A stretch of 62,926 nt of DNA, counting the filler, from Globobulimina sp. (Eukaryota), in the NCBI GenBank assembly GCA_003354225.1. It is 50 parts of 50 records of this genome, joined end to end, with 100 filler letters (N's around TTAATTAATTAA, not from the genome) between each part and the next. Parts side by side here need not be neighbours in the genome. Positions count along the whole stretch, not along the records: positions 11,350 to 12,510 come from PIVH01021984.1; positions 12,611 to 13,771 come from PIVH01021985.1; positions 13,872 to 15,032 come from PIVH01021986.1; positions 15,133 to 16,293 come from PIVH01021987.1; positions 16,394 to 17,554 come from PIVH01021988.1; positions 17,655 to 18,815 come from PIVH01021989.1; positions 18,916 to 20,076 come from PIVH01021990.1; positions 20,177 to 21,337 come from PIVH01021991.1; 42 more parts are not named here. One strand, written 5' to 3'. Within the stretch, counting starts at the first letter, position 1. Every line of letters starts with the position of its first letter. The translations under genes and the position numbers were made by a program. Below the pieces are notes generated by a model that had not been told where the DNA came from, did no database searches, and saw only the letters and a program-made list of their open reading frames with translations. Positions 11,350-23,444 of this stretch are shown piece by piece.

Positions 11350-12431
11350 CACATATTTATCAGTCAACTTTGTTGAGGACAGTCCGGTGTATATTTTGTA
11401 TGAACCATATTCGCGTTTAGATAATTTATGGATTGCATGATATAAACAATAATCAAACCATTTCCATTTATTATAATCTCCACTTCGTTGTGTTTTGCTT
11501 AATTCATAATTACAATCACTGCCCGTATACAATATTAATGATAACATTTCTGATCTATTTAAAGGTGATCCCATTCTTTTATGTCTGTTGCAATTTAGTT
11601 TTTCATTCACAATATTCATTAACGTATAATTATCCATTTGTAAATCATCTGAACATAAAAATAAATCTTTTTTAAAGCCATTACTGATAATTTCTTCGAT
11701 TAATAAACTCAGAAATCCATCTTCTTCGTTATAATCTGCTTTATATTCGTCAGTAACATCAAATAATGGCACATTTTCAGCCCATTCACCATTTAAACAA
11801 AATGAATTAATCCCTTCTTTTAATTTTTGTTTCCTTCTTCTCGGCGGATGTTTATATATCATTGCATGACACCGATCTGCCAAATCATTGCCTCCTTCCT
11901 CCAATCTTTTGTACGCATAACATTTATCATTGTGGTCGCATTCAGTTTCGTTAACATGTTTATATTCGTATAAATGCGACAAATATTGTTCAGAAAAAGT
12001 ATATTGATATCTCATTTTTGCATAAATTGGGCATAAATCATTATTACTCTTCATTTCTTCACACAAATCGAATGAGGTTACATTATGTTTATAAATATTA
12101 ATATCAGTCAACAAATGCATTCCCAATCCAATAACATCAGATTTAGCATAATCAGTGATGTTCGCATTCATATTTTTCCAGTCATAATCAGAATAATTTA
12201 GTTGCTGTCCAATAAATGACTCAGTTTTAATTTGCTCCGCAAAGAATGTGAATGGATAATGTTGCTTTTCTATCGAATATATAATATCTTCAATCAATTT
12301 ACTAACAGAATATGGATAATTTAAATCAAATGGAACTCTTAAATCAAAATTATGGTTAAAATCGTGATTTCGATTACATTGAATGGCAATGGGTATTTTG
12401 ATACAATTTTGAGAATACGCATTCATGGCAT
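11350..12431 (-). CDS. Protein with CCCH-like Cys/His motifs and the start of an ADP-ribosyltransferase-like domain, partial
   Basis: EMLSLILYTG..CNYELS..QR.GDYNKWKWFDYCLYHAI.KL...IYTGL. Confidence 0.6.
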
Positions 12432-12510
12432 TTATCCATTCACATTCTTTGCGGAGCAAATTAAAACTGAGTCATTTATTGGACAGCAACTAAATTATTC
12501 TGATTATGAC
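12432..12510. repeat. Fold-back inverted copy of 12181..12259, likely amplification chimera
   Basis: Exact ~79-bp reverse complement running to the contig end. Confidence 0.85.
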
Positions 12511-12638
12511 NNNNNNNNNNNNNNNNNNNNNNNNNNNNNNNNNNNNNNNNNNNNTTAATTAATTAANNNNNNNNNNNNNNNNNNNNNNNNNNNNNNNNNN
12601 NNNNNNNNNNACTGTGGGGAAGCATCTCCATTTCTCAA

Positions 12639-13536
12639 TCAAGCGATTAACCTAGGACGTTTTGTAGTGCAAACACCAGAATTTGCTGAGGCGGTCGCAC
12701 CTCCAGATCTGAAACTGTGAGTACCGTATTGAGTACGATCATATCCGAGTGACTGAAGTGCAGTTAATAGCAACTCACGAGCCCGACCATAAGATAAGCT
12801 CTGTGGTGTAAGTGACTCGCCTGTTTTGGTATGACGGATGACCCGAAACAGGGGACCTGTGTCCCCAGGATTAAGAAGCTGTCCCTGGGACATATAACTA
12901 TACAAAGCTGCTACTGGACATAACGCCCCATCAACACGAGAAATATGGATACTGTGACCGGCATTAGATTGGTCAGTCTTACTGCGACGAATAAACAGCG
13001 TCATATAGGAATCATAAAACTGAACGTCAGAAGGACGCAATACTGTAGCATCGGAGAACCGTAAAAATCCTGAAAAACAGACCAAACATAGAGAGATAAA
13101 ACGACGGTTTGTCAGTGTAGGCTCAGAGTAAAGGGAGATAAATTTTCGCAAAATAGCAGGAGTAATTTCGCTTTTTTGCCTACAAGGCAAAGGCACACGT
13201 TTTTGTGCTTTAATGACAGACGTACAAACAAAATGGTCAGTACCATCGGCTAAACCACAAATTTTGTGAGCCCAACTAACAGCAGACAAATGTAATTGCA
13301 AAGTGGAAACACTCCGATTTTTGACTTTTAAAGAATTAAGAAAAACCGAAAACTGAAGTGGATCACATGGCAGTACAGAATACAAAGCAGAACTAGCAAA
13401 TACACGCCATCGCTGAAATGCACTACAATACATATAAACAGTGGTTGGTGCCTGTGCTGACATGACAGAAGTAAGTAAATCCAATTTAGTGTCCAATATA
13501 AGTGAAGACGCGAACCAATTACCAACAGTAGCAAAA
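12639..13536 (-). mobile_element. Tyrosine recombinase of a DIRS-like retroelement, C-terminus truncated
   Basis: FSGFLRFSD, IRRSKTDQ, ALCPVAAL, YGTHSFRSGGAT; the expected HGRW...Y segment is missing; putative 3' splice site TTTTAG near 13537. Confidence 0.85.
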
Positions 13537-14497
13537 TCTAAAACAAAAACAAAGACATGCCAGTGCGTACTGTATATGTCAGCATAAGAATCATCAATAG
13601 AAAAAGCCGCTAACCAGCTATTGACGGTGTACTGTGCATTGTCGTGGGTAGGGCAAGAAAAGCGGCGTTGTAAGAGCCGGCGCTCTATGGTCCAAAAGCC
13701 GACCTGAATGACTCAAGCTCTGTTCCTACCCACGCTCTACCTACATATCCTGTGCAAAAAGCTTATTTCAANNNNNNNNNNNNNNNNNNNNNNNNNNNNN
13801 NNNNNNNNNNNNNNNTTAATTAATTAANNNNNNNNNNNNNNNNNNNNNNNNNNNNNNNNNNNNNNNNNNNNTGCAAATGCAATCTCAATCCAATGCACAG
13901 TCCTCAAACTCCTGCCTAGCTCAAGTAGAGCACTGGATAGATATATCCAGAAGATTCAGGTTCAAAGCCTGAGGCAGCCCCAACAAATATATCCAAATAA
14001 ATGATTTGATTGAGGAAAGGAATGAAAAATATTTATTATTTGAAAAATTACGGTTTTCCATTTGCAGACAATATTTATGGATAAAAACTAAAAACAAAAC
14101 ACGGAATAAACATAAAATATTATATTTAGCTGTTTTGAGTGAATTACAAATCACAAATTTAGACGAATTGGCTACAATTAATGATTTAGCAAATTATAAA
14201 GTATTTATGCAACAAAATGATATTTTAAGGAATTTGTTTGTTTAATACTTATAAAAAATACTTTTATCGCAAAAATTTATTATTTCTCAATTAAAAATTA
14301 TATTATTTCATATCGGATACTTTATCATGACCTTATTCATCAATGTGATGATTTTATGAGCAAATTTAAGCAATTTAATGATTCGCAAATCAATTCAAAA
14401 TCAAATATGTATGATTTTGCACAATTAATTGATATGAATTATTTAAAGGAAATAATGGAACATATTTTAAATGATTCAAATAAATTATCAATGCTGA

Positions 14498-14559
14498 AAA
14501 GGAATTGAGAAAAGGAATTGAGTAAGGAATTCAGAAAAGGAATTGAGTAAGGAATTCAG
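14498..14559. repeat. Tandem 12-13-bp repeat (AAGGAATTSAG core), 5 copies
   Basis: Seen directly. Confidence 0.85.
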
Positions 14560-15132
14560 TGGCAATCCACCACTGCAAACACACCAATTTATATTTGAAT
14601 TATTTGGTTATTTATGAGTTATTTATATTTGAATTTTATGGGGTATTTTATGAGTTATTTAACTTATTTTGTTTGTTGTTTTGTTTGTTATTTTATTTAA
14701 TTAATTATTTTATATTTGTTCGTCTTTGAAGTGTTGCGGAACAAGTGTATGCTTGCTCCGCTATGCGGATATGCTGTTGGAAAACTGCGCCGCCAAACCA
14801 CTGCCAATTTGAGTGACTGTGCCTCCAAGCTGGTTCCGCAAAACATACAAAAAGCTCCACATTGCAGATCCGCAATAAATGAGCCGATGGAATTGGGCAT
14901 TCTATTTCTGGTCCATGTAGAATTGATTAAAATGTTTGTGAACCATTACTCATTGAAATCCTGTGTTTGAATGAAATTGAATGAAACATAATGACTGCTT
15001 GAATAGGGCTCTCCGATATGTACTGAATTTTCNNNNNNNNNNNNNNNNNNNNNNNNNNNNNNNNNNNNNNNNNNNNTTAATTAATTAANNNNNNNNNNNN
15101 NNNNNNNNNNNNNNNNNNNNNNNNNNNNNNNN

Positions 15133-16293
15133 ACAGTTTCACCATCCGCCAATGTCAATATATCGCCATGCATAAAAGTTAAATGATCCAATTCATCCGT
15201 TGTAGAATTATAAATATCATAATACTCATTTTTTAATATTTCATCTCCGACATACTGTCCAATTATAACACCTTTATTAATATTAACTTTTGCATAACTT
15301 TCTTTTTGACCTATCAATAAAGGCAAATGTTTACATTCTTCAATTTTTCGCGTTGATAATATCTTTTCCATCGATAAAAATTTATTTTTTTTATATTCAA
15401 TGTTAGGGTTTGTATTTCCGATATGATTGCGTTGGATGAATCTTTCGATTAATTTTAAATTGTGATCTGTTTGCATATATTTTTTACAATTATCATATGG
15501 ATTATTTTCAACACAATATTGGCCAGATTGTAACTTTGCATATTTTGCTTGTTGTTGAATTTTAATGCGATATGTTTGAACTTTGGAAGATCTGATTGTC
15601 AGTTGTTTGAATGATAATGTTTTTGTCCATTTAATATCACTGAGACGAGCTGGTTGTAAATGTTGTACACGACGCTTTAATGTGGAAGCTGCGAAGCGAA
15701 GTTTGTTATTTTCTTTTGTCAATGCATTATTTCGTTTTTTCAGTTCATGGATATCATTCTGTTGTTGTTGATTAAATAAATTGGATAATGTAACAAAATC
15801 ATTTTTTATTAACTCTATTTCAGATTTATTGTTTTTTCTCAGTTCATCAATATTATGAATATGATCATTTTGCTGTGTCATTAATGTTTTAATGTTCTGT
15901 TTTAATTTCTTATTATCATTTTTTAATAAATCTATCTGTCTATTATTACGGCGATGAATCTGTGATATATCTCTTGTTAATGAGACAATTTTTGCATTCA
16001 AAATATCTGTTTGTTGATTAATTTGACTGATGTTCCTCTCTTCCTCTATTATATCAATAGTAGCTATCAATTTCAATGATGTATAAGTGTTCATTTTTGA
16101 AGATTTTAGAAATTTCCCAACGCCCCAACAGGAATCATTATAACTAAAATCTGCAGAATCATCCAACTCGTACAGTATTGTGCACTCATCATTTGTTTGT
16201 ATACATTTTATTTTGTAGTTTACTCTGATTTGTTTTACTGTTGTTGGTAATCCACATAATTGCAGGAATACACTCAAATTTCCTTCGCAATCT
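15133..16293 (-). CDS. MATH-like fragment, coiled coil, then start of a SET-like domain; partial at both ends
   Basis: SVFLQLC...WG..KFL; heptad region; YAKVNINKGVIIGQYVGD. Confidence 0.6.
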
Positions 16294-16415
16294 NNNNNNN
16301 NNNNNNNNNNNNNNNNNNNNNNNNNNNNNNNNNNNNNTTAATTAATTAANNNNNNNNNNNNNNNNNNNNNNNNNNNNNNNNNNNNNNNNNNNNATAATTA
16401 ACAACCGGTATACAA

Positions 16416-17460
16416 TTAATGTCCATCCACATCGGATTGACCTCTAAGTAATTTTTGAACCATTAATATAATATCATCGCGTGCCGTATTATGTGATTTT
16501 ACAGTCAATTTATCCACCGCCGTATCAATGAAATCAATTAAAAATCTGGAGGCCGTATAATTTTTATGCCCCATCGCTTCCTTTCTAATCTGAAAGAAAT
16601 TCTCATCGTGCAATTGTAACTCGACTATAACCCCACTGAATAATGACCAATTCATAATTGATTTCAATGAATAAACAAATTTTATATTCCAAACCACGGC
16701 GGTTTTATTGAATAAAGTTGACAATATTTTCCATCTCCAATATCTCGAGGCTGTGGGCTTAAATTCAAATGATTGCCAGTCTCTACTTTCTGTATCAGCC
16801 GTAAACACTGCATCAGTCACAGGTTGCCACGACGAGGACGACGATGGCCCAGACACATCATCCGTTGTTTCAATAATAAATGTTTTGACTGCAGCTGTTT
16901 TCTCTGCGTAATGAGCAAAATCAAATCTAACGCACTCAACAATTTGCCCAAAATCCAATACAACATATTCATAATCTTTCTGCTTGGCAGCACACCAAAA
17001 ATTATATAATGTTCCAGTCAAAACAGCAGCGGAGGAATTGTTGCCTTCATGGCCGGAATCTTGAACAATTTTTAAAACCGGCACTTTATTCGGAATAGTA
17101 AACCTTACATTAAACTGAACATCTCTGTATCCCGTGCCTTCATTTCTGGCTTCAATAAATCTGTTTTTAATCCTTAAGATTTCAATTCTTTTCTCCTTTG
17201 CTGCGGTTTCGATACATCTCAATGCTTTAACCATATGGCTAACATTTCTGCAGCAAATACCACCCCGCCCCATATCGCATAAATTAGAGTAATCCAAACA
17301 TTTCTGTTCAGCAAACTCTTTCAACACATCCTCTCCCAAATGTTTAAAGCCTTTCAATACTGTCTTTTGGACGCACCGTAAATGCTTTTTTAAGCCAGGA
17401 TTGCCAGCATATGTTGCATGAATATCTGGTTTATTCACGATGTCCAAAGCAAAATTCTGT
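16416..17460 (-). CDS. RelA/SpoT-like nucleotidyltransferase domain with an inserted F5/8-type-C (discoidin) domain; last exon
   Basis: LKK..RCVQK, DMGRG, RIKNRF, GYRDVQFNV ... VELQLH ... GHKNY; insert has YVVLDFG, WQSFEFKPTASRYWRWKI. Confidence 0.75.
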
Positions 17461-17654
17461 AAATAAGAATGAGCATCTTTTGATATTTGATATAATTCAA
17501 GTAAATCGTTGGTTGGTTGTGTACGAAGAGGTCCTTTGCCCAGCGGTGCTAAATNNNNNNNNNNNNNNNNNNNNNNNNNNNNNNNNNNNNNNNNNNNNTT
17601 AATTAATTAANNNNNNNNNNNNNNNNNNNNNNNNNNNNNNNNNNNNNNNNNNNN

Positions 17655-18009
17655 GCTTCACATCGATGCCTTCAATGCAATTGTTGCCATTCTTGGCGAA
17701 TAATTGTTGTAACGAGGACGCTATGGATTTGCTATGATCGATTATGGTTTCGGTGGCAACGCAAATCCAACCAATCTCTGAATATGAGATTGAATTTTTC
17801 AATAATAAGTTTGATAAAACAGTTAAACAAATCGAGACAATGTCTTCTCGGTCGCTGGTGAATGACATTGAATTTTGACCCAATCCAATGGTGTATTTGC
17901 CGCGTGAGACCTTGTTATGTGCTTCAAATTCGCTTTGTGATATGTAGAGTTTGGGGAAGTAACATTCCATTGATACAATTCCTACGATGGATTCTTTTTT
18001 CTCGTCCAT
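17655..18009 (-). CDS. HMGCS: Hydroxymethylglutaryl-CoA synthase, N-terminal part
   Basis: VGI..MECYFP, GKYTIGLGQ, DREDIVS, VATETIIDHSKS, IEGIDVK. Confidence 0.93.
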
Positions 18010-18325
18010 TGGTCTGGGCGATGATGTGTTAGAAACAGATATGGGATGCTTAGAAACGTAAAGCACTCGTACTTTTGCTCGAGGGAATGCTTCGATGACA
18101 AAACAATTTTTTTACTAAGCGAAAGATGACGAGGAAAAAAATAATCTTCACTTAAAAAATAATAATTGAGATAAAAATAGGATGCGGCGTTTCTAAAAGC
18201 AGTACGATTATGATTATGAATGTTTTTACGATTCTAATTAAAAAGATTATGAAAATGTTTTTCAGTCGTAGCTGGCTCACTGGTTAACGTTGAAAAACGT
18301 TTAATAAACCAAGGCCATTTGAATC

Positions 18326-18815
18326 ATGTCACGGCTAAATCGATGTTGTATTGCTTTTACTTTCTTTATTTGTGGCATTTGCAGCACACTATGGATATTG
18401 AAAATATTAACAGGATGGTCATGGTACCACTTACGTATGCGTACTTTCATTGCAATTGCAGGATATCGTGCACGTGATGTGGATTTATCATTATGTTACA
18501 GTCAAGATAACCAAACCATAATTTCCTGCGAACTGGCTGCCATGACAAGGATCATCCAACTCAGATTCACCAAAGATTTAAAATACCACACACTGCACAA
18601 CCCGGACACAATTATTCCATATTCACGCAATCAAATGGATATATTATGGGTATGCATGTATTATATCCATACATCAAAAACAACAACAAAACCCCACAGA
18701 ACTCCACGTTTCCATATCCGACACATTTACCAATCTCCATCACAACGAACGATGTAATACATAATTACAATGCATTATGGATCGTAAATCGCAAAACTAA
18801 AAACACAAATTCTGC
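18326..18815 (+). CDS. Hypothetical protein with N-terminal anchor, probable intron, divergent from HMGCS, partial
   Basis: Hydrophobic N-terminus; probable GT..CAG intron ~18650..18699. Confidence 0.4.
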
Positions 18816-18915
18816 NNNNNNNNNNNNNNNNNNNNNNNNNNNNNNNNNNNNNNNNNNNNTTAATTAATTAANNNNNNNNNNNNNNNNNNNNNNNNNNNNN
18901 NNNNNNNNNNNNNNN

Positions 18916-19210
18916 CACACGAAAAATCTCGTCCGGTAGTTTGGATAAATAAAGCAGAATTATTCTACTGTTCTTTCTATAGTTTATTGGTAGAGTCGAT
19001 AGAATCTCTTTCCAATCATTCGGACTCGGACTTCTGATCATCCTTGATTTGGAGCTACCACCACCACCACCAACCTTCTCTACATTATCCATAGTACAAG
19101 CAACGGGTTTTACCATCATCATCAGTATTAGCAGCATTTACAACAACCTTAGAGGTTAATCGTTCAAAACTCTCGGGGCTAATCATACGATAACGTTTGA
19201 CTTCATTCAT
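18916..19210 (-). CDS. Maverick/Polinton accessory ORF, apparently frameshifted, partial
   Basis: Starts just after the ATPase stop (MNEVKRYRMISPESF) and continues in another frame (ILSTLPINYRKN). Confidence 0.4.
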
Positions 19211-19215
19211 TTCTC

Positions 19216-19977
19216 TCAAGGAGTAACATAACAAAATTTCTTTTCTCCTTTCAACAGACCGGTCCTCAGCCGACACTTAGCAGGACAATTTATACTACAA
19301 TCAATAAGTAAATAACCGTAGGGGTTTTTGTTCCATTCTAACTGATCCTGTTTCGCCATCGCGAAGGCTTGCGCAATATAATTACTGGTGGGAACGTGTC
19401 CTATTTTTGGGTAGAGTTGACGATTGAGGTAAGACAGGACATTCATATCGCGTGGAGATTGAAATAAGACGATCGAGGAAGCATTGCGACTGCAAGTTAG
19501 CCAGTTTGTGTGATGGCTGGCGAACAGTTGATGAGCCACGATAAAAGTACAAATGTTTTGATGATGACAAGAGGCTATCATTAGTTTGACCAATGCTGGA
19601 TCATTAGCTACTTCGTGCAAACAATCGTCGAGAATGAAGCAAGCCGCTCCTTCCTCCGGACGACCTATATTGTCAACTTTGAACAGGTGTTCACCAAATT
19701 CTTTAGTCATCAATAGTTTGTTACCAAAATGATTTCGCAATTCATCGTAACAGGGTTGATTGGCAAATTTATGAATCAGCACTACGCGTCTGATCGTGCT
19801 CGAGGGAAAGAATTCGTTCCAATGCAACAATATTTTATTCAAGAAATGAGTTTTACCTAAACACAAACAAATGTAAACAAATAGCTAATATTATCACCAC
19901 TGACCGCTCATCGTCGCTCCGCATACAATCATAGAAAATGGTGGACTGGACAATATAGGTACATATTGATTCTCCAT
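19216..19977 (-). mobile_element. Maverick/Polinton (adintovirus-like) A32/FtsK packaging ATPase; intron 19857..19904
   Basis: Spliced PFSMIVCGATMSGKT (Walker A), FILDD (Walker B), SCHHQNICTFIVAHQLF, RNASSIVLFQSPRD, PYGYLLID, RLRT. Confidence 0.88.
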
Positions 19978-20271
19978 CGTCTCACACCTCACACCGCAAC
20001 ATGCGACTGAGAGTTAAAGTAAATTTGATGTTGGGGGAGAGTGACAAACGTTTCGAGAAGAAATCATAAATGCTGANNNNNNNNNNNNNNNNNNNNNNNN
20101 NNNNNNNNNNNNNNNNNNNNTTAATTAATTAANNNNNNNNNNNNNNNNNNNNNNNNNNNNNNNNNNNNNNNNNNNNCTTTATTGGGTACCTTTCTCAATT
20201 TCTCTTTAACAGCCTTTAATATCTCCGCCAACGGTTGAGTAGCTGGGGCATCCAATAAAACAGGAAACTGT

Positions 20272-21185
20272 GTGGTAAACCACCCAATGGTGCGATTAAT
20301 ATTAATTCCTTCTATACGTCCATCAAAACCACCATCAACAGTTCCAACAGTATATCCTACGGAGGGTAATCAACACGATATCGATGGACAAGTCGAGGAT
20401 CTGTCCACGACCATTACAGCGAATCATAACCAAACTGAAGCTGATACTAAGAAATATATATTGGGAGCTAATATGATAGCGATTTTATTAATATGCGTGA
20501 GTATATTGTTGATAGTTGCAATTGTAATTTGGTTGTATATTTTTTGTCGAAAAGGTAAGAAAGCAAAAATCAATGTGGTTGCTATTGACTTACAGTTGAC
20601 GAAGATTCAATCAATGAGCAGTTCAGAACAAGTAGAAGGGAACAAAAGTGATAATGATTTGGCTACAAATACATGCTCCAATACAGATGCATACAGTATG
20701 GCCAATGTAGAGACTGTTGCTGAGCCTAAGAGTGAAATGGCTGCAATTGTGATTGGGAGCTATTCGCATCAAATCAGTGTTATTAATGATGATTATTTAA
20801 GGAGAAACATTGTGATTTGCCAGATTTGGAATTTGTTACACCGAGGGGACATATGATACATGTGACGGCAGGAAATAGTGCAGATTTGGCAGTTGGATCA
20901 GCGAAATCAAGCCAAGGTTTTGCTAATGTCGTCAGTTATGAAAATGGGCAACATTCGAGTTCTGATATTGATGATGATGCGAACGATGATATGTATGATG
21001 GAGGAGATGTAGAAACAATTCAGGCTCAAACAAATGGAGCTTTGGATGCTAATGTGATAAATTATAATTATGGCAATGTGCAACATTTGAATTTTGATGA
21101 CGATAACGATGATGATATGTATGTTCGAGGTGATGTGGAAACAAATGCTTTCAATACGGCTGCTGGAGCGGAGACTGTAAGGTGA
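20272..21185 (+). CDS. Single-pass membrane protein with Pro/Thr stalk and acidic tail, split over two frames
   Basis: PSTVPTVYPT, TM helix, basic stop-transfer; repeated DDDMY motif in the second frame. Confidence 0.5.
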
Positions 21186-21664
21186 CTGTTGACTTATTTT
21201 TCATAGATTGTTGTATATACATAATATAATCCATATTCATTTGCAATTAAAAATACGACCAAGGCACTTGAAGTGCAATTAAAAAAGTCAGCTCAACCTA
21301 AATGTGATATATCGTTTAAGCTTTATTTCGAGCCAAANNNNNNNNNNNNNNNNNNNNNNNNNNNNNNNNNNNNNNNNNNNNTTAATTAATTAANNNNNNN
21401 NNNNNNNNNNNNNNNNNNNNNNNNNNNNNNNNNNNNNTTGTGTTTGTTCAGTCAGCACTATTTGGATGGTAAAGAAAAATAGCGCATCACCTTCGGTAAG
21501 TTCAAAGATTCCCTTGGATTTGGTATGCGCCACAATAATTCTGGCGATCTCTTTATTGGAGAGCCCTTCAACCAGTTGTAGCAGTACATCTTGTTGGTGT
21601 TAGTTATGTACGTAGAAATGAGCACTCTGCACTTATTGCCGCTCCTTGCTTCACTGGACCATTT

Positions 21665-22147
21665 TTGTTGGCATCCAGTATTAACAACTACCATGCTGCA
21701 TTTTTTATGTACAGTCAGGGTGTTGGTGGTGTTTTCAGTGTTGTTTTGTATGTTGGAGTAGGATTGGTATATTGGAAAAAGCAACAGCAACTTGTTGGTC
21801 CAGGGGCTGATCATTTGTCCATTGCACGAGAGCGCAAATTTCAAAAGCGTTTGACCAAAAATCTAGCATTAAGTTGTCTTTGTACAACAATTCTTTTGGT
21901 GATACCTATCATAGTAGCTGGTACTGCTGAAAAGTATTCAGCACCGAGGTGGTTTATTCAGATTATGTATATGTTTCCACCATGGAATCCATTTTGTAAT
22001 ATAATCATTTACTACAAAAGACTACCAGATTTAAGAAAAGGGATGCGAGCAATGTTAACAAACAAAATGATGCCATCAAATTTGGTTTTGTGGCAAATGG
22101 CTGTTAATAAAAATAGAAATCCTAATGTTGGAGTCCGCCGCGGTTAA
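21665..22147 (-). other. Antisense ORF region overlapping the GPCR below; not considered coding
   Basis: Minus-strand ORF 21458..21844 has no motif and overlaps a better-supported plus-strand ORF. Confidence 0.15.
21665..22147 (+). CDS. Rhodopsin-like/serpentine GPCR, C-terminal half, metazoan-like
   Basis: TM5-7; FQKRLTKNL, WNPFCNIIIYYKRLPDLRKGM. Confidence 0.7.
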   Translation: MLASSINNYHAAFFMYSQGVGGVFSVVLYVGVGLVYWKKQQQLVGPGADHLSIARERKFQKRLTKNLALSCLCTTILLVIPIIVAGTAEKYSAPRWFIQIMYMFPPWNPFCNIIIYYKRLPDLRKGMRAMLTNKMMPSNLVLWQMAVNKNRNPNVGVRRG

Positions 22148-22698
22148 ATAATCTCATTATTTCGTTCCCAGTATATTTTCTGTATTTTTCTTGGTATGTA
22201 AATACTAAAAATGGTAATTGTTTTCTACAATGTATTATGTTCCTCGCATTGAGGCCTATCCAGTCCATTTATTGGCATAGATATTCTAGCACCAGAATAA
22301 TCGATTATCGATTTTAAGTGTCAGGTTGTGAATGAGGCAAACCTCGGGTGTCAGAAAAAAATAAAAATTTCGAATTTTTTTGGGAAATTTTGCGTGGATG
22401 ACATTTGGGCAAAGTGTAGTTTCTGACAGAAGTTTATTTTTCAAAAGTAGCATAGCCGCCGAGCATGTCCATGACGAAATGAGCATGTTTTAAGGTCTTT
22501 CACGATTGCAACTTTTTATCGAAAAAAGATTTTAAAAATCGGATTTCACCATTGACTTGTACTCGAAAAGACGATCATTTTCGATTTTTTAATGATTTNN
22601 NNNNNNNNNNNNNNNNNNNNNNNNNNNNNNNNNNNNNNNNNNTTAATTAATTAANNNNNNNNNNNNNNNNNNNNNNNNNNNNNNNNNNNNNNNNNNNN

Positions 22699-23196
22699 CT
22701 GTACTTTCATTGCGACGTAGGGGTTGATTGCATATTATTCAAGTCCTGGAAAAATGAGTACTTGGTTACAAGCGTCATTCTGATGCTAATGTGTATAGTT
22801 CGAGAATATGTAATTTATGCAATGAAATATTATGAAATACGATCTCTAACAGGGAGATACATTCCATTTTGGCCATCCACCAAAGTATTGGACGAATTGA
22901 TGAATGTTAATCCTTTATTATTACAAAGGGGCAATGTTCCAAGAGTTCATTGGAGGAATCCAATCACATTAAAATTAAGAATTATTGATTGTGTGTTATA
23001 TGGAATTTCATTGATGTTGGGCTATGGATTAATGTTAGTCATTATGACGTTTAATGTATGTTTAATTGTTGTGGTTATCGTTGGATTTTGTGTTGGAAGA
23101 ATGATATTTTATCCACAAAGTAAAGTATTATCGAAATTTGCGGTGCGAATTGAAAGTGATTTGAATCTTTCCGATCATTGTCACGTCAGATCATAA
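22699..23196 (+). CDS. Ctr-family copper transporter, 5' partial
   Basis: DCVLYG...LGYGLMLVIMTFN (MxxxM), GFCVG, C-terminal HCH. Confidence 0.88.
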   Translation: MYFHCDVGVDCILFKSWKNEYLVTSVILMLMCIVREYVIYAMKYYEIRSLTGRYIPFWPSTKVLDELMNVNPLLLQRGNVPRVHWRNPITLKLRIIDCVLYGISLMLGYGLMLVIMTFNVCLIVVVIVGFCVGRMIFYPQSKVLSKFAVRIESDLNLSDHCHVRS

Positions 23197-23444
23197 GTTT
23201 ATATGATACATTTAGGTTACAGTTACATTGCCATTTAGAACTTGTAAATTGCTAATGATTTATAACCGGTTATTATTTAAATGTATATGCCATTTTAATG
23301 TGGAAAACTAGTCAATCCTTGCACTTTTCAACAAAATATCCAACAGATAATAATGGAAAAGGTCGGAACTATTCTAATATGGAAAGGATCTAAACCGATT
23401 ATGTCAGAAAGTGTATTATGATACGATACTACACGACTAACAAT

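Noticed and set aside
8828-13771. Tyrosine recombinase as the integrase of the attC array
   Set aside because: Different contigs; the recombinase has DIRS-type motifs (SKTDQ, HSFRSGGAT) and no IntI-specific features.
13872-15032. Fragmented AT-rich ORFs as possible stop-codon recoding
   Set aside because: Stops of several types occur in all frames with no recognisable protein; more likely decayed sequence.
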